A model generated the notes under the pieces. That model did no database searches. It saw nothing but the letters and a program-made list of their open reading frames with translations, and had not been told where the DNA came from. From Escherichia phage wV7: DNA of 64,000 bases. The stretch is from sequence record NC_019505.1. One strand, 5' to 3'. Positions 20,760 through 30,611 of the stretch are shown piece after piece. How positions within the stretch are numbered: the first letter of the stretch is position 1; the number at the start of each line of letters is the position of its first letter. The translations under genes were made by a program, and so were the position numbers.

Positions 20760-21854
20760 ATGGCAATTGTTAAAGAAATAACTGCTGATTTAATTAAAAA
20801 GTCCGGTGAAACAATTTCAGCCGGACAGAGTACTAAATCAGAAGTAGGAACTAAAACATACACAGCCCAGTTTCCAACTGGGCGTGCTAGTGGTAATGAC
20901 ACTACAGGGGACTTCCAGGTAACAGATCTATATAAGAATGGATTATTATTTACTGCATACAATATGTCATCTAGGGATTCTGGAAGTCTTAGAACGATGA
21001 GATCTAACTACTCTTCTTCATCTTCGAGTATTTTACGTACAGCCAGAAACACTATCAGTAATACAGTATCAAAACTATCAAATGGACTAATATCAGATAA
21101 TAATTCAGGAACAATAAGTAAAGTTCCTGTTGCAAATATTCTTTTACCTAGATCTAAATCTGACGTCGATACGTCATCACATAGATTTAATGATGTTCAA
21201 GATAGTCTTATTACAAAAGGCGGAGGTACTGCTACTGGTGTGCTAAGTAATATGGCTTCAACTGCAGTATTTGGTGCGCTTGAAAGTATAACACAAGGAA
21301 TAATGGCTGATAATAATGAACAGATCTATACAACAGCTAGAAGTATGTATGGCGGTGCTGAAAATAGAACAAAAGTGTTCACCTGGGATTTGACTCCGCG
21401 CTCAACAGAAGATTTAATGGCTATTATTAATATCTATCAGTATTTTAACTATTTTTCTTACGGTGAAACTGGTAAATCTCAATATGCTGCTGAAATAAAA
21501 GGATATTTAGATGAGTGGTATCGTTCTACATTTATTGAACCATTAACGCCAGAAGACGCGATTAAAAACAAGACGTTATTTGAAAAAATGACATCGAGTT
21601 TAACGAACGTTCTTGTAGTTTCAAACCCGACAATTTGGATGGTGAAAAACTTTGGTGCAACTTCTAAATTTGATGGAAAGACTGAAGTATTCGGTCCATG
21701 CCAAATACAGAGTATTAGATTTGATAAAACACCAAATGGTAACTTTAATGGATTAGCTATTGCTCCTAACCTTCCAAGTTCTTTTACACTCGAGATTACT
21801 ATGAGAGAGATTATTACGTTAAACCGTGCTTCTTTATATACGGGGACTTTCTAA
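20760..21854 (+). CDS. 48: Baseplate tail tube cap gp48 (364 aa)
   Basis: Length 364 aa as T4 gp48; synteny. Confidence 0.9.
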   Translation: MAIVKEITADLIKKSGETISAGQSTKSEVGTKTYTAQFPTGRASGNDTTGDFQVTDLYKNGLLFTAYNMSSRDSGSLRTMRSNYSSSSSSILRTARNTISNTVSKLSNGLISDNNSGTISKVPVANILLPRSKSDVDTSSHRFNDVQDSLITKGGGTATGVLSNMASTAVFGALESITQGIMADNNEQIYTTARSMYGGAENRTKVFTWDLTPRSTEDLMAIINIYQYFNYFSYGETGKSQYAAEIKGYLDEWYRSTFIEPLTPEDAIKNKTLFEKMTSSLTNVLVVSNPTIWMVKNFGATSKFDGKTEVFGPCQIQSIRFDKTPNGNFNGLAIAPNLPSSFTLEITMREIITLNRASLYTGTF

Positions 21855-22819
21855 TGTATTCTTTAGAGGAATTTAATAATCAAGCAATAAACGCAGACTT
21901 CCAACGTAATAATATGTTCAGCTGTGTTTTTGCTACAACTCCATCAACTAAAAGCTCATCGTTAATAAGCTCAATTAGTAACTTTGCTTATAATAACTTG
22001 GGTCTAAATTCAGATTGGTTGGGATTAACTCAAGGTGATATTAATCAGGGAATTACTACGCTAATTACCGCTGGCACACAAAAACTGATAAGAAAATCAG
22101 GGGTTAGTAAATATCTTATTGGTGCCATGAGTCAACGTACAGTTCAAAGTTTATTAGGCTCATTTACAGTTGGTACATATTTAATTGACTTCTTTAACAT
22201 GGCATATAACTCATCTGGATTGATGATATATTCTGTAAAAATGCCAGAGAATAGATTATCCTATGAAACTGACTGGAACTATAATTCTCCTAATATTCGT
22301 ATAACTGGAAGAGAATTAGACCCTTTGGTTATTTCATTTAGAATGGATTCAGAAGCTTGTAACTATCGTGCAATGCAAGACTGGGTTAACGCTGTTCAAG
22401 ACCCAGTAACTGGATTGCGTGCTTTACCGCAAGATGTCGAGGCAGATATTCAGGTCAATCTTCATTCTCGCAATGGATTACCACATACTGCGGTGATGTT
22501 CACTGGCTGTATTCCAATATCTGTGAGTGCTCCTGAGTTATCATATGATGGAGATAACCAAATAACTACATTTGATGTTACTTTCGCTTATAGAGTCATG
22601 CAGGCTGGAGCAGTTGATAGACAAGCTGCCCTTGAATGGCTTGAATCTGCTACTATAAATGGTATTCAAAGCGTTCTCGGAAATAGTGGAGGTGTTACTG
22701 GACTATCTAATTCGCTTTCACGACTTAGTAGATTAGGGGGAACTGCAGGAAGCATTTCAAATATTAATACTATGACAGGAATTGTCAATTCGCAAAGTAA
22801 AATATTAGGAGCAATATAA
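21854..22819 (+). CDS. 54: Baseplate tail tube initiator gp54 (321 aa)
   Basis: Length as T4 gp54; start overlaps gp48 stop. Confidence 0.9.
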   Translation: MYSLEEFNNQAINADFQRNNMFSCVFATTPSTKSSSLISSISNFAYNNLGLNSDWLGLTQGDINQGITTLITAGTQKLIRKSGVSKYLIGAMSQRTVQSLLGSFTVGTYLIDFFNMAYNSSGLMIYSVKMPENRLSYETDWNYNSPNIRITGRELDPLVISFRMDSEACNYRAMQDWVNAVQDPVTGLRALPQDVEADIQVNLHSRNGLPHTAVMFTGCIPISVSAPELSYDGDNQITTFDVTFAYRVMQAGAVDRQAALEWLESATINGIQSVLGNSGGVTGLSNSLSRLSRLGGTAGSISNINTMTGIVNSQSKILGAI

Positions 22820-22823
22820 CAAT

Positions 22824-22852
22824 GGGGACCGAAAGGTCCCCATATTTTTATT
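22824..22852 (+). terminator. Rho-independent terminator after gene 54
   Basis: GGGGACC-GAAA-GGTCCCC hairpin followed by ATATTTTTATTT. Confidence 0.7.
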
Positions 22853-23138
22853 TACGGAATGAAATAAAAGCAGCAACTGAAGCAACAGAGGTTTCTTCAA
22901 TATAAACCTCAATTTTTACCGGAGCTTCTGACTCAAATTTACCTGTTACTACACCTTGGAAAATACTTTCAGTCTGTTCTGGCTTTGAAAAATTTTCAGA
23001 AGGAAAAATTCCGAACTTTTTATCTGTTCCAAAAATTTTGATAAATTCATCGTAAACTGCTTCATTGAAAGCGTTATCAGCGGGAATAACGCCTTCAACG
23101 ACGAGTTCTTGACCTAAAAAGCGCAAAGAAGATTTCAT
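22848..23138 (-). CDS. Hypothetical protein (96 aa) downstream of the alt paralogs
   Basis: ATG start; intact ORF; no recognisable motif. Confidence 0.6.
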   Translation of the reverse strand: MKSSLRFLGQELVVEGVIPADNAFNEAVYDEFIKIFGTDKKFGIFPSENFSKPEQTESIFQGVVTGKFESEAPVKIEVYIEETSVASVAAFISFRK

Positions 23139-23198
23139 TTTGTGTTCCTCATGTTATGTCAGTAAGACTACTATAACACAACATGAGGGACTTGTAAA

Positions 23199-25256
23199 CT
23201 ACATTTTGAACTTTTTAGACATTCCGTTGATGTTAACCAAAGAAGCTAAGATTTGAGAAACTTCGTTTTCCTCTTCTTTTGATTCTTCTACAAGGAATTG
23301 ATTAAATCCAGCCATTGGACGAACTTCACCAGTTTCCATTAGATGGTCGCCATCATATACTGATTCTTCTAATTGTTCAGAAGGAGGAACGATTGTACCT
23401 TCGATTAGATACTTGTTATAAGCAGTTTCTTTCATAAAGTAAGTACTTACTTTATTAATCTTCAGTAAAATTCCACGTGGTAGAATAACTTCAGCTTCTG
23501 ATGGAAATCCTGACAAATGACCTGGAACGATAACTTTAACTCGTTCAGCTCCTTTAATTACCATACCCACGCTAGTTTCAGCATCTTCATTAGCATATGT
23601 AGAATGACTACCCATATGCATCAAATCTTCTGCATCAACGGAACCTTCTCCTTCACCAGAAAATACTGCTCCGGAATTATCTAAGGCCATATAATTTTTA
23701 CCATACTCACCAAAGATATTTGGTTTAAGTGATGTCGATACGAAGTTCTTGAAATAGAACATTTTATTTTCAATGTTATGACGCAAAGTTTTAAAAGTAA
23801 CTTCTTGTCCACGGTAAAGTGTAGTTCCTGGAGGAAGAACTGAACCTTTAGCGAATGCAGAATCCAGCGTCTCAATATGTTTAATAGCTCGTTCCATATA
23901 TTCTTCACGTGTAGAATCAGGTTTACCTAAAAGGAATGAGTTCATTTCAACATACGAATCTGCGCAATAATCTTCAATTACATCAGACTCAGCCTGAGTC
24001 AATCCTTTTGGAGTTACTTCAGTGCTTGCATATTCATACGCCTGAGCAGCGGATTCATCAATTAATTTATAAATGCCATTCATGACAAATTGAATAATAG
24101 CTGTCTTTTCATCTGGCGTAGCTTTAGAACCTTTAACTAAATCATTGACAATTTTCTTAATAACATCAAAGCTATTAGAAATATTAATGTCAGCAAGATC
24201 GCTTAAAATTTTATCAGTTTTATAATCAAAAAATTCTTTATTCTTTAAATATTCTTGAGAACTTTGATATGTTATATCGCTCTGCAACTTGATAGATGGA
24301 TCACGTAAACGTGCATGGGCTAATGCAATATGATTTCGGAAGCTTTCTAGTTCATAATCGTTAGATTTAAAACGAGAAGCACTTCTCATACCACCGATAG
24401 CTCCTTTGCTGAAGTTTGAACCAATCTGAATAACGCCAGAGTTCATTGGTCCTTCTGCTTTATATACCGGAACTTTAGATTCAAACTCTTGATATTTCTT
24501 AGCAGCGAAGCTATCACCCTGAAGTGAAGCATCAACAGTAGAATATTGAGCTTGTGCTGCTAATCGACGGCTAATTTTAGTTTTCTGAATAACAGCTTGA
24601 TCCGTACGCTTATCATTTTCTAAAGCAATAGAAGCAGCAACTGCGACAGCTTTAGGAACAGCATTACCTGTTTTAACGTCTACATAAACATCACCAACCT
24701 TTGATTCAACTTTTGTGAATAACTCAGTTGAAATAGGAGGTACACCTGGAATGTCTTCTAAATTGGCATTTTTACGGTAAACCATAATATATGCATATTT
24801 CTTATCATAGTCCCAGATTTCCTTTAAAAGAACATATCGACCTGCTCCTTTAGTACGTACTAAACGGTCAGCAATAACTTGCATTTGACGAGCAGCGCCG
24901 TTTGTTTTACTTTTTAGTACGCGGAATAGGCATGCATCAATTTTATACTGTTTCATTGTTTGAAGAGCAGTATCAAAAACCGCATTAATGACGCCAATTG
25001 GATTTCCACCCAAGTTTTTAAGCTTAACTAACGATAATTTCTCGTTGACGCCTATCATTACGATATGCATCATTTTGTCGCCTGGCTTAACGTTTTTATT
25101 CGTATCACCGCCAGAGGTGTATGTACAAAATCTAAATCCAGGAAGCACGCTTTCTTCACCGGCTTGAATAGCAAAAATTTGTGGTATTTTATGCTTAGGA
25201 TTTAAGTTAACAACCGGCGCCGAAGCGCCGTCAAATAATTCTGTAATAAGTTCCAT
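23199..25256 (-). CDS. Alt-like ADP-ribosyltransferase paralog (685 aa)
   Basis: N-terminal ~225 aa nearly identical to the upstream paralog; R-S-E ART motifs (YRGQ, FVSTSL, EAEVILPRG); start 3 nt after the upstream stop with AAGGA SD. Confidence 0.85.
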   Translation of the reverse strand: MELITELFDGASAPVVNLNPKHKIPQIFAIQAGEESVLPGFRFCTYTSGGDTNKNVKPGDKMMHIVMIGVNEKLSLVKLKNLGGNPIGVINAVFDTALQTMKQYKIDACLFRVLKSKTNGAARQMQVIADRLVRTKGAGRYVLLKEIWDYDKKYAYIMVYRKNANLEDIPGVPPISTELFTKVESKVGDVYVDVKTGNAVPKAVAVAASIALENDKRTDQAVIQKTKISRRLAAQAQYSTVDASLQGDSFAAKKYQEFESKVPVYKAEGPMNSGVIQIGSNFSKGAIGGMRSASRFKSNDYELESFRNHIALAHARLRDPSIKLQSDITYQSSQEYLKNKEFFDYKTDKILSDLADINISNSFDVIKKIVNDLVKGSKATPDEKTAIIQFVMNGIYKLIDESAAQAYEYASTEVTPKGLTQAESDVIEDYCADSYVEMNSFLLGKPDSTREEYMERAIKHIETLDSAFAKGSVLPPGTTLYRGQEVTFKTLRHNIENKMFYFKNFVSTSLKPNIFGEYGKNYMALDNSGAVFSGEGEGSVDAEDLMHMGSHSTYANEDAETSVGMVIKGAERVKVIVPGHLSGFPSEAEVILPRGILLKINKVSTYFMKETAYNKYLIEGTIVPPSEQLEESVYDGDHLMETGEVRPMAGFNQFLVEESKEEENEVSQILASLVNINGMSKKFKM

Positions 25257-25259
25257 GAT

Positions 25260-27353
25260 TTATCCTTGAACGAACTTGTAAGGCATGTTTGTAATATCTA
25301 TGCAAGACGCAATAATTCCAAGAGATGATTCTACTTTCTGTTTAACATTTGATGAAACAAATGATGCAAAGTCAACTCTGTCTTCTATTTCAATATCACC
25401 TGTCATTGCAACCAATTCACCAGTTTCCATTAAATGGTCTCCGTCATAGATTACCGATTCGGTGAGCTCTTCCGTGGTCATAACTTCAGCTTGAATGAGT
25501 TTTGTATTATTAGATGTTGTTCCGTCATTATTAGAAGCATCAGTTATTTTATTAACTTTGACCATCAATCCACGCGGTAGAATAACTTCAGCTTCTGTTG
25601 CTATTCCGAGACTTCCTGGATATACAACATTAACTTTATGAGCTCCATCAATTGCCCATCCTATTTGAACTTTAACGTATTCAGGATTTTCTTTATACGC
25701 TCTTATTTCGTTTGGATTAATAGTTATTCCTTCTTCATTTTTATCAACTGTTAATTCATTGCGAGCTTCTGGTTCTAAAAGACCAATACCAGCATGTGTG
25801 ATTCCAAAACGTCCAAAAATGATAGGAGTTAAAGAAGTAGATACAAAATTTCTGAAGTAGAACACTTTATTTTTAACTAACGCTTCATATATAGGAGCAG
25901 TCATACTTTGAGCACGATAAACTGTGATGCCTTCCGGTATGCGGTCACCATTTTCAAAAGCTGAATCTAAGTTATTTATAGCAGATTCAATTTCTTTTTC
26001 ACTCATTACATCATATCGTTCTGGATTGTAACGACCTAAAAGAAGATTATTGATGTCAGTATATCCTGAACCGCAATATTCTCTAATGCCACGCTTTTGT
26101 GATGGAGTATATTTAGAACCATCGCGGGCAATAGTAATATCAATCATTGGACCAGCACCAATTCCAGAAAAACTGTAAATCATTCGTTTGAGGAATTTAG
26201 TTTTTGCTGCGTTCCAGGAATTTTTAGTTATTTCTTCCCAGACTTCATCTGGTTGTCCTTTACGATTTTTATTATGATTAGCAAGCCATTTATCTTTATA
26301 ATCTTCAAAGAATTGATTTACAGCTGCTGCGTATTTCTCTAAACATTTTATTGAAGTAGTTGGTTCATTTTTAATTGCATTAAAAATTACTTCTTTAATT
26401 TTTTCTGAAACTTCACCGACTTGACTCATTGGAAAGAATTTATAATCATAGTGAAGTTCATCTGCCGTTCCTTCAGCAATAATTTTTGCTGCCTTTGTTT
26501 TAGAAGCTAATGAATTAATTCCAATTTTCATTTCTTCTGCTTCGGGAATTAAAGGTGCAGTAGCTGGTTTATTAAAATTAGCTGCTGTAGATTCATACTT
26601 CTGGAATAATTCACTTTCAAATCTAGAAGATTCCAATGACTGACTTTGTGCAATTGCTCTACGGGAAATTTTAACTTTAACGATTACGGCTTGGTCAGAA
26701 CGTTTATCATTTTCTTGTGCAATAGATGCAGCAATTGCCTCATTTTTGGTTACTTGAGCTCCAGTATCTTTATTGATATAAACATCACCGACCTTCGATT
26801 CAACTTTAGTAAAGAGCTCGGTGCTAATTTCTGGAACTCCTGGAATGTCTTCTAGTGATACATTTTTACGATGTATAAGAATATATGCATACTTTTTATC
26901 GTAATCCCAGAGTTCCTTAAGAAGGACGTATCTGCCACCTGAACGACTACGGATAAGTCTATCAGCAATAACTTGAATTTGTCGAGCTTGGCCAGCAGTT
27001 TTAGACTTAAGAATACGAAGCATACAAGCATCAATTTTATATTGACGCATTGTTTGCATTGCAACAGTAAAAACTGAATTGATATAATTAATTGGGCTTG
27101 GACCAAGACCTTTTAATTTAGCAATTGAACCTTTAGCAGTTAATGTAAAAGGAACAATGTGCATCATTTTGTCGCCCATTTTTAAATCGCGATTAGTATC
27201 ACCTCCAGATGTATATGTACATAAACGAAAGCCTGGTTGTTCAATTGCATCATCAACATGAACTGAAAAAATTTGTGGTATTTTCTTCTTTGGATTTAAG
27301 TTTGTAATCGGAAGAGTAGTATCTTCGTCAAATAATTCTGTAATAAGTTCCAT
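25260..27353 (-). CDS. alt: Alt ADP-ribosyltransferase (697-698 aa)
   Basis: MMELITELFDEDTTLPI... matches recalled T4 Alt N-terminus; R-S-E motifs (YRAQ, FVSTSL, EAEVILPRG); second ATG (27353) has better SD spacing. Confidence 0.85.
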   Translation of the reverse strand: MELITELFDEDTTLPITNLNPKKKIPQIFSVHVDDAIEQPGFRLCTYTSGGDTNRDLKMGDKMMHIVPFTLTAKGSIAKLKGLGPSPINYINSVFTVAMQTMRQYKIDACMLRILKSKTAGQARQIQVIADRLIRSRSGGRYVLLKELWDYDKKYAYILIHRKNVSLEDIPGVPEISTELFTKVESKVGDVYINKDTGAQVTKNEAIAASIAQENDKRSDQAVIVKVKISRRAIAQSQSLESSRFESELFQKYESTAANFNKPATAPLIPEAEEMKIGINSLASKTKAAKIIAEGTADELHYDYKFFPMSQVGEVSEKIKEVIFNAIKNEPTTSIKCLEKYAAAVNQFFEDYKDKWLANHNKNRKGQPDEVWEEITKNSWNAAKTKFLKRMIYSFSGIGAGPMIDITIARDGSKYTPSQKRGIREYCGSGYTDINNLLLGRYNPERYDVMSEKEIESAINNLDSAFENGDRIPEGITVYRAQSMTAPIYEALVKNKVFYFRNFVSTSLTPIIFGRFGITHAGIGLLEPEARNELTVDKNEEGITINPNEIRAYKENPEYVKVQIGWAIDGAHKVNVVYPGSLGIATEAEVILPRGLMVKVNKITDASNNDGTTSNNTKLIQAEVMTTEELTESVIYDGDHLMETGELVAMTGDIEIEDRVDFASFVSSNVKQKVESSLGIIASCIDITNMPYKFVQG

Positions 27354-27376
27354 CATAGCCTCTCTAGTGTTTATTC

Positions 27377-27384
27377 TATTTATA
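27377..27384 (-). promoter_or_regulatory. T4 late promoter box TATAAATA upstream of alt
   Basis: Reverse complement reads TATAAATA about 20 nt upstream of alt start. Confidence 0.5.
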
Positions 27385-27389
27385 AAATT

Positions 27390-27407
27390 AAAGGCCCGAA
27401 GGCCTTT
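27390..27407 (-). terminator. Hairpin after the 62-aa ORF, upstream of alt
   Basis: Transcribed strand AAAGGCC-TTCG-GGCCTTT followed by AATTTTAT. Confidence 0.5.
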
Positions 27408-27594
27408 AGTAATCTAGTGGTAAGAGAGTACGATATATTTCAAACTTTGGTCCTTTTTCATAGGCATCAAATGTTTCTGTAAATTTATTGTAAGCATATG
27501 CATCTACAAATTCGAGAATGACTTGTGATACAGAAGTAGAAACATCTCCACCTTCTTTTTGAGCAATGACAATTGTTTCTAAGTAAGCTTTCAT
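27406..27594 (-). CDS. Hypothetical protein (62 aa) between gene 30 and alt
   Basis: ATG overlaps ligase stop (ATGA); acidic small protein. Confidence 0.55.
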   Translation of the reverse strand: MKAYLETIVIAQKEGGDVSTSVSQVILEFVDAYAYNKFTETFDAYEKGPKFEIYRTLLPLDY

Positions 27595-29054
27595 AAACCA
27601 GTTACCTCATGAAAATCGCCAAATACATCCTCGAATGTATTAGCTTTAGTTTTATCTTCACGTAAACGAATCGCAATCGGAAGAAATAATTTAACGTAAT
27701 CAGTGCGGCCATCAGATTTTAACCAACCGTTGCATTCGCACTCTAGAATTTTTCCAATATAATAATTTTGGTTTTCCATAATGCGAGTACGGTCAAGTTC
27801 ATGCGATTTTACACCAGCTTTATCTTTTAAGCCTGAACCAGCATTTACTTTAATTTTTCCACACTCTGACTCAAGAATAAATCCACCCGCTTTAGTAGGG
27901 TCTTTACGGTGAGGATAAATTCCTACAATTTTTAAATCAACATCAATTACTTCTTTAAATTTATAAAGATTTTTTGAACGAGCATTTTCCCATAATCCAT
28001 CGATATTTTTGAGAATAATACCTTCAAGACCTTGGTCAATATACTTTTTATAAATTACCTTAGCTTCATCTAGGTTATTTACTACCTGGTTTTCAATTAA
28101 AATTACTTTATCATAACCTGATGTCATTTGTTCTAGTTTAGAAAAACGTACATCATATTTCAAACGAAATGCAGGAAGACCGTATATTTCTACCAACGGG
28201 ACATAATCCCAGACCTGAAACTTCATGCATTGAGCTTCTTTTTCAGAAATGGTTCCCTTTAAAGATTTATTAGCGATTCCATTAGAAGTAGTACGTGATT
28301 CAGCTACTTCGGCGAATTCTTTAGCTTTACTAATTTCAGGATAAGCATCAAAAAGAAAATCTAGGCCTTCTGGTTCCTTTTCAACTTGCTCATGGTATAC
28401 CAATTCGCCATCAATTAACACACCTTCTGGATGAATCTGGCGAGCTTCTGCAGTCATTTTGATTAACTCTTCCTTGAGAAGATCTAATCCTAGATATTCA
28501 TTACCAGCTCGTGATAAAAGACGAACATCATCTAATTCATCACCTCTGACTTCAGCAAAGCACCGAGCTCCATCAGCTTTTAACTGCGCAAAAGCTGGAA
28601 ACTTGATATTCTTACTAATGCCTTTTTCATCATAAGAACTTGCCAGCATTTGAGGTTGTTCAGGAATTAAACCTGGCCAAACTTTGTTTGCAATAGATAC
28701 TGAAGCACCGCATTCAAGGTCTCGCATCATCACCCGACGCAAAACTTCAACATCATCTTTTTTACCGTCAGCAATATATCCAGTTAATTCCTCAATTGCC
28801 GCATTTCCGGTCAATTTCCGAGTAGCTAACGTGAATTCAATGAAGTCAAGCATATCGGTAAGAGTCAACATTCCAAAACTCTGGGTAGCAATACCAGGTT
28901 TAGGCCATTTCTTGATATAATACTGTAACCCACGAGAATAAGTCAGACGATATACTCGTTTAAGCAATTCATTATCTTTATTCTTTTCAAGAATTGCTTG
29001 CTTCTGCTTAGTTGAACCAATAGATGCTATTTCGTTCAGAATTTTAAGAATCAT
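27591..29054 (-). CDS. 30: DNA ligase gp30 (487 aa)
   Basis: Length 487 aa as T4 DNA ligase; adenylation lysine motif region K-A-D-G; synteny next to alt. Confidence 0.9.
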   Translation of the reverse strand: MILKILNEIASIGSTKQKQAILEKNKDNELLKRVYRLTYSRGLQYYIKKWPKPGIATQSFGMLTLTDMLDFIEFTLATRKLTGNAAIEELTGYIADGKKDDVEVLRRVMMRDLECGASVSIANKVWPGLIPEQPQMLASSYDEKGISKNIKFPAFAQLKADGARCFAEVRGDELDDVRLLSRAGNEYLGLDLLKEELIKMTAEARQIHPEGVLIDGELVYHEQVEKEPEGLDFLFDAYPEISKAKEFAEVAESRTTSNGIANKSLKGTISEKEAQCMKFQVWDYVPLVEIYGLPAFRLKYDVRFSKLEQMTSGYDKVILIENQVVNNLDEAKVIYKKYIDQGLEGIILKNIDGLWENARSKNLYKFKEVIDVDLKIVGIYPHRKDPTKAGGFILESECGKIKVNAGSGLKDKAGVKSHELDRTRIMENQNYYIGKILECECNGWLKSDGRTDYVKLFLPIAIRLREDKTKANTFEDVFGDFHEVTGL

Positions 29055-29320
29055 TGTTCATCCTTTAGAGTTTGGTTTACAGCTCTATTATAAATCAATT
29101 CATCATTAAGCTCAGTCAAAGACTTGTGGTACGTGGTTCTAACTTTATTTCCTTGCATCCAGTGCTTGACGTAAATGAAACCTTGCTCTACACATTTTTT
29201 AAAAATTCGTTCGTCTTTTTGAGCTCGGAATTCTGGATTGCATCTAAAAAATTGATTTACGTGACCGTAATCACGTGTAGTATTACCTTCATTTTCATAA
29301 ATAGTATGAACAACAAACAT
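29051..29320 (-). CDS. Hypothetical protein (89 aa, 30.1-like position)
   Basis: ATG start overlapping upstream stop; no motif recognised. Confidence 0.6.
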   Translation of the reverse strand: MFVVHTIYENEGNTTRDYGHVNQFFRCNPEFRAQKDERIFKKCVEQGFIYVKHWMQGNKVRTTYHKSLTELNDELIYNRAVNQTLKDEQ

Positions 29321-30156
29321 TAGAATGCTCCTTGGAAAATATTATCACCACTAGTAGGTCTATTATACAAATACTCTATGCCACCGGGTTTAATATAGTT
29401 CCATGTCTGAAACGGATGCGTCTGATATGGATGATATAGATTATAAGGATTAAATCCAGGAGTTCTCCAGGTAGTGTTCCAAGGAAAAGAATCGTTTTTA
29501 ATCATCTTTTCAATTACATCTTTTATAGCTTTTTCACTATCAAAACTTTCTTTATTTTCCTTCGATGGAAAAAGCTTATTCTCTACATCATTCCATGTAT
29601 AAACTCGCTGCGCAGTTTTTGGAATACTGTCACGCTCCCCTCGAGCCATCCAATAAACAGGAACATTTAATATTTCACTCGCGTGATCGCAGTGGTGAGC
29701 GAGATCGTCAATATAACAAATTACGTTATATTTCTCTTTTGCCTTTTTGAACAACTCTTCTTTTGAAGAATCATGACCACACATCAATACTTCTGAGAAG
29801 GCACCAGGAAAAAGAGCATTCAAATTAAATTGACGATTTAGCAGAGCGTCAATAGAATCACCCAATGCTGTAACAGCTACAAAATTATAATCTTCTTTTA
29901 ATTTGTTAATTACACACAGGGCATCTTTATACGGAGACAAGTAACGAATAAAATCTGAACGATTATACTTTTCGATTAATTTAACACCAAGTTCTTCATC
30001 GCAATTAAAGAGCTTACCAGGAGAAATAAATTTTTCGTCCTGAATCATTTTTAAAATATGTTCCAACGGAAGATTATATTTTTGGGCAAAATAAGGAAGG
30101 CCCGATTGCCAGCTTAAACACACCCCGTCAATATCAGTCAAAATAGTAGGCTTCAT
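29320..30156 (-). CDS. HAD-superfamily hydrolase-like protein (278 aa, 30.2-like position)
   Basis: HAD motif I LTDIDGV near N-terminus and a YIDD motif later. Confidence 0.6.
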   Translation of the reverse strand: MKPTILTDIDGVCLSWQSGLPYFAQKYNLPLEHILKMIQDEKFISPGKLFNCDEELGVKLIEKYNRSDFIRYLSPYKDALCVINKLKEDYNFVAVTALGDSIDALLNRQFNLNALFPGAFSEVLMCGHDSSKEELFKKAKEKYNVICYIDDLAHHCDHASEILNVPVYWMARGERDSIPKTAQRVYTWNDVENKLFPSKENKESFDSEKAIKDVIEKMIKNDSFPWNTTWRTPGFNPYNLYHPYQTHPFQTWNYIKPGGIEYLYNRPTSGDNIFQGAF

Positions 30157-30611
30157 AGAGAGTCTCTTAATAGGTTTAACACATCAATAAATTCAGCTTC
30201 GGTTAGTATTGTATCATCTTTTGTTAGACCACTAGCCATGCTATGCTTCAAAACTTTTCCTTTCGAGGCTAGTAATGCATCACGAAAGCCCTTGTTTTGA
30301 ATCGCTGCTTCAAAATATGCATTTGTGTACAACTCTTTCCACGCTGGTGAGTATCTTGAAAACGGAACTCCAAGCCAGAAGAGGGTCCCACGGTCCTGAG
30401 CTCTTGCATAAGACCTTCCAGCTTGTTGGGCGGCAAGTCCGGATAACCCAAATATACGTCTTTGCTGCTCAACATTTTTCACCTTGCACCCTTGGAGAAA
30501 TCCTTCAAGACCTCCAAATTGGATACCATCCATAACAAAAGGCCATTGAGCGAAATTACTTAATGCACACGATGGCCATCTAAAATTGCTTCTAATCTCT
30601 AACTCAGGCAT
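30153..30611 (-). CDS. NADAR (YbiA/DUF1768)-like protein (~152 aa, 30.3-like position)
   Basis: LSNFAQWPF...DG...F..GLEGFLQGCK resembles the YbiA/NADAR core; ORF-track start 30617 is TTG, ATG at 30611. Confidence 0.6.
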   Translation of the reverse strand: MPELEIRSNFRWPSCALSNFAQWPFVMDGIQFGGLEGFLQGCKVKNVEQQRRIFGLSGLAAQQAGRSYARAQDRGTLFWLGVPFSRYSPAWKELYTNAYFEAAIQNKGFRDALLASKGKVLKHSMASGLTKDDTILTEAEFIDVLNLLRDSL

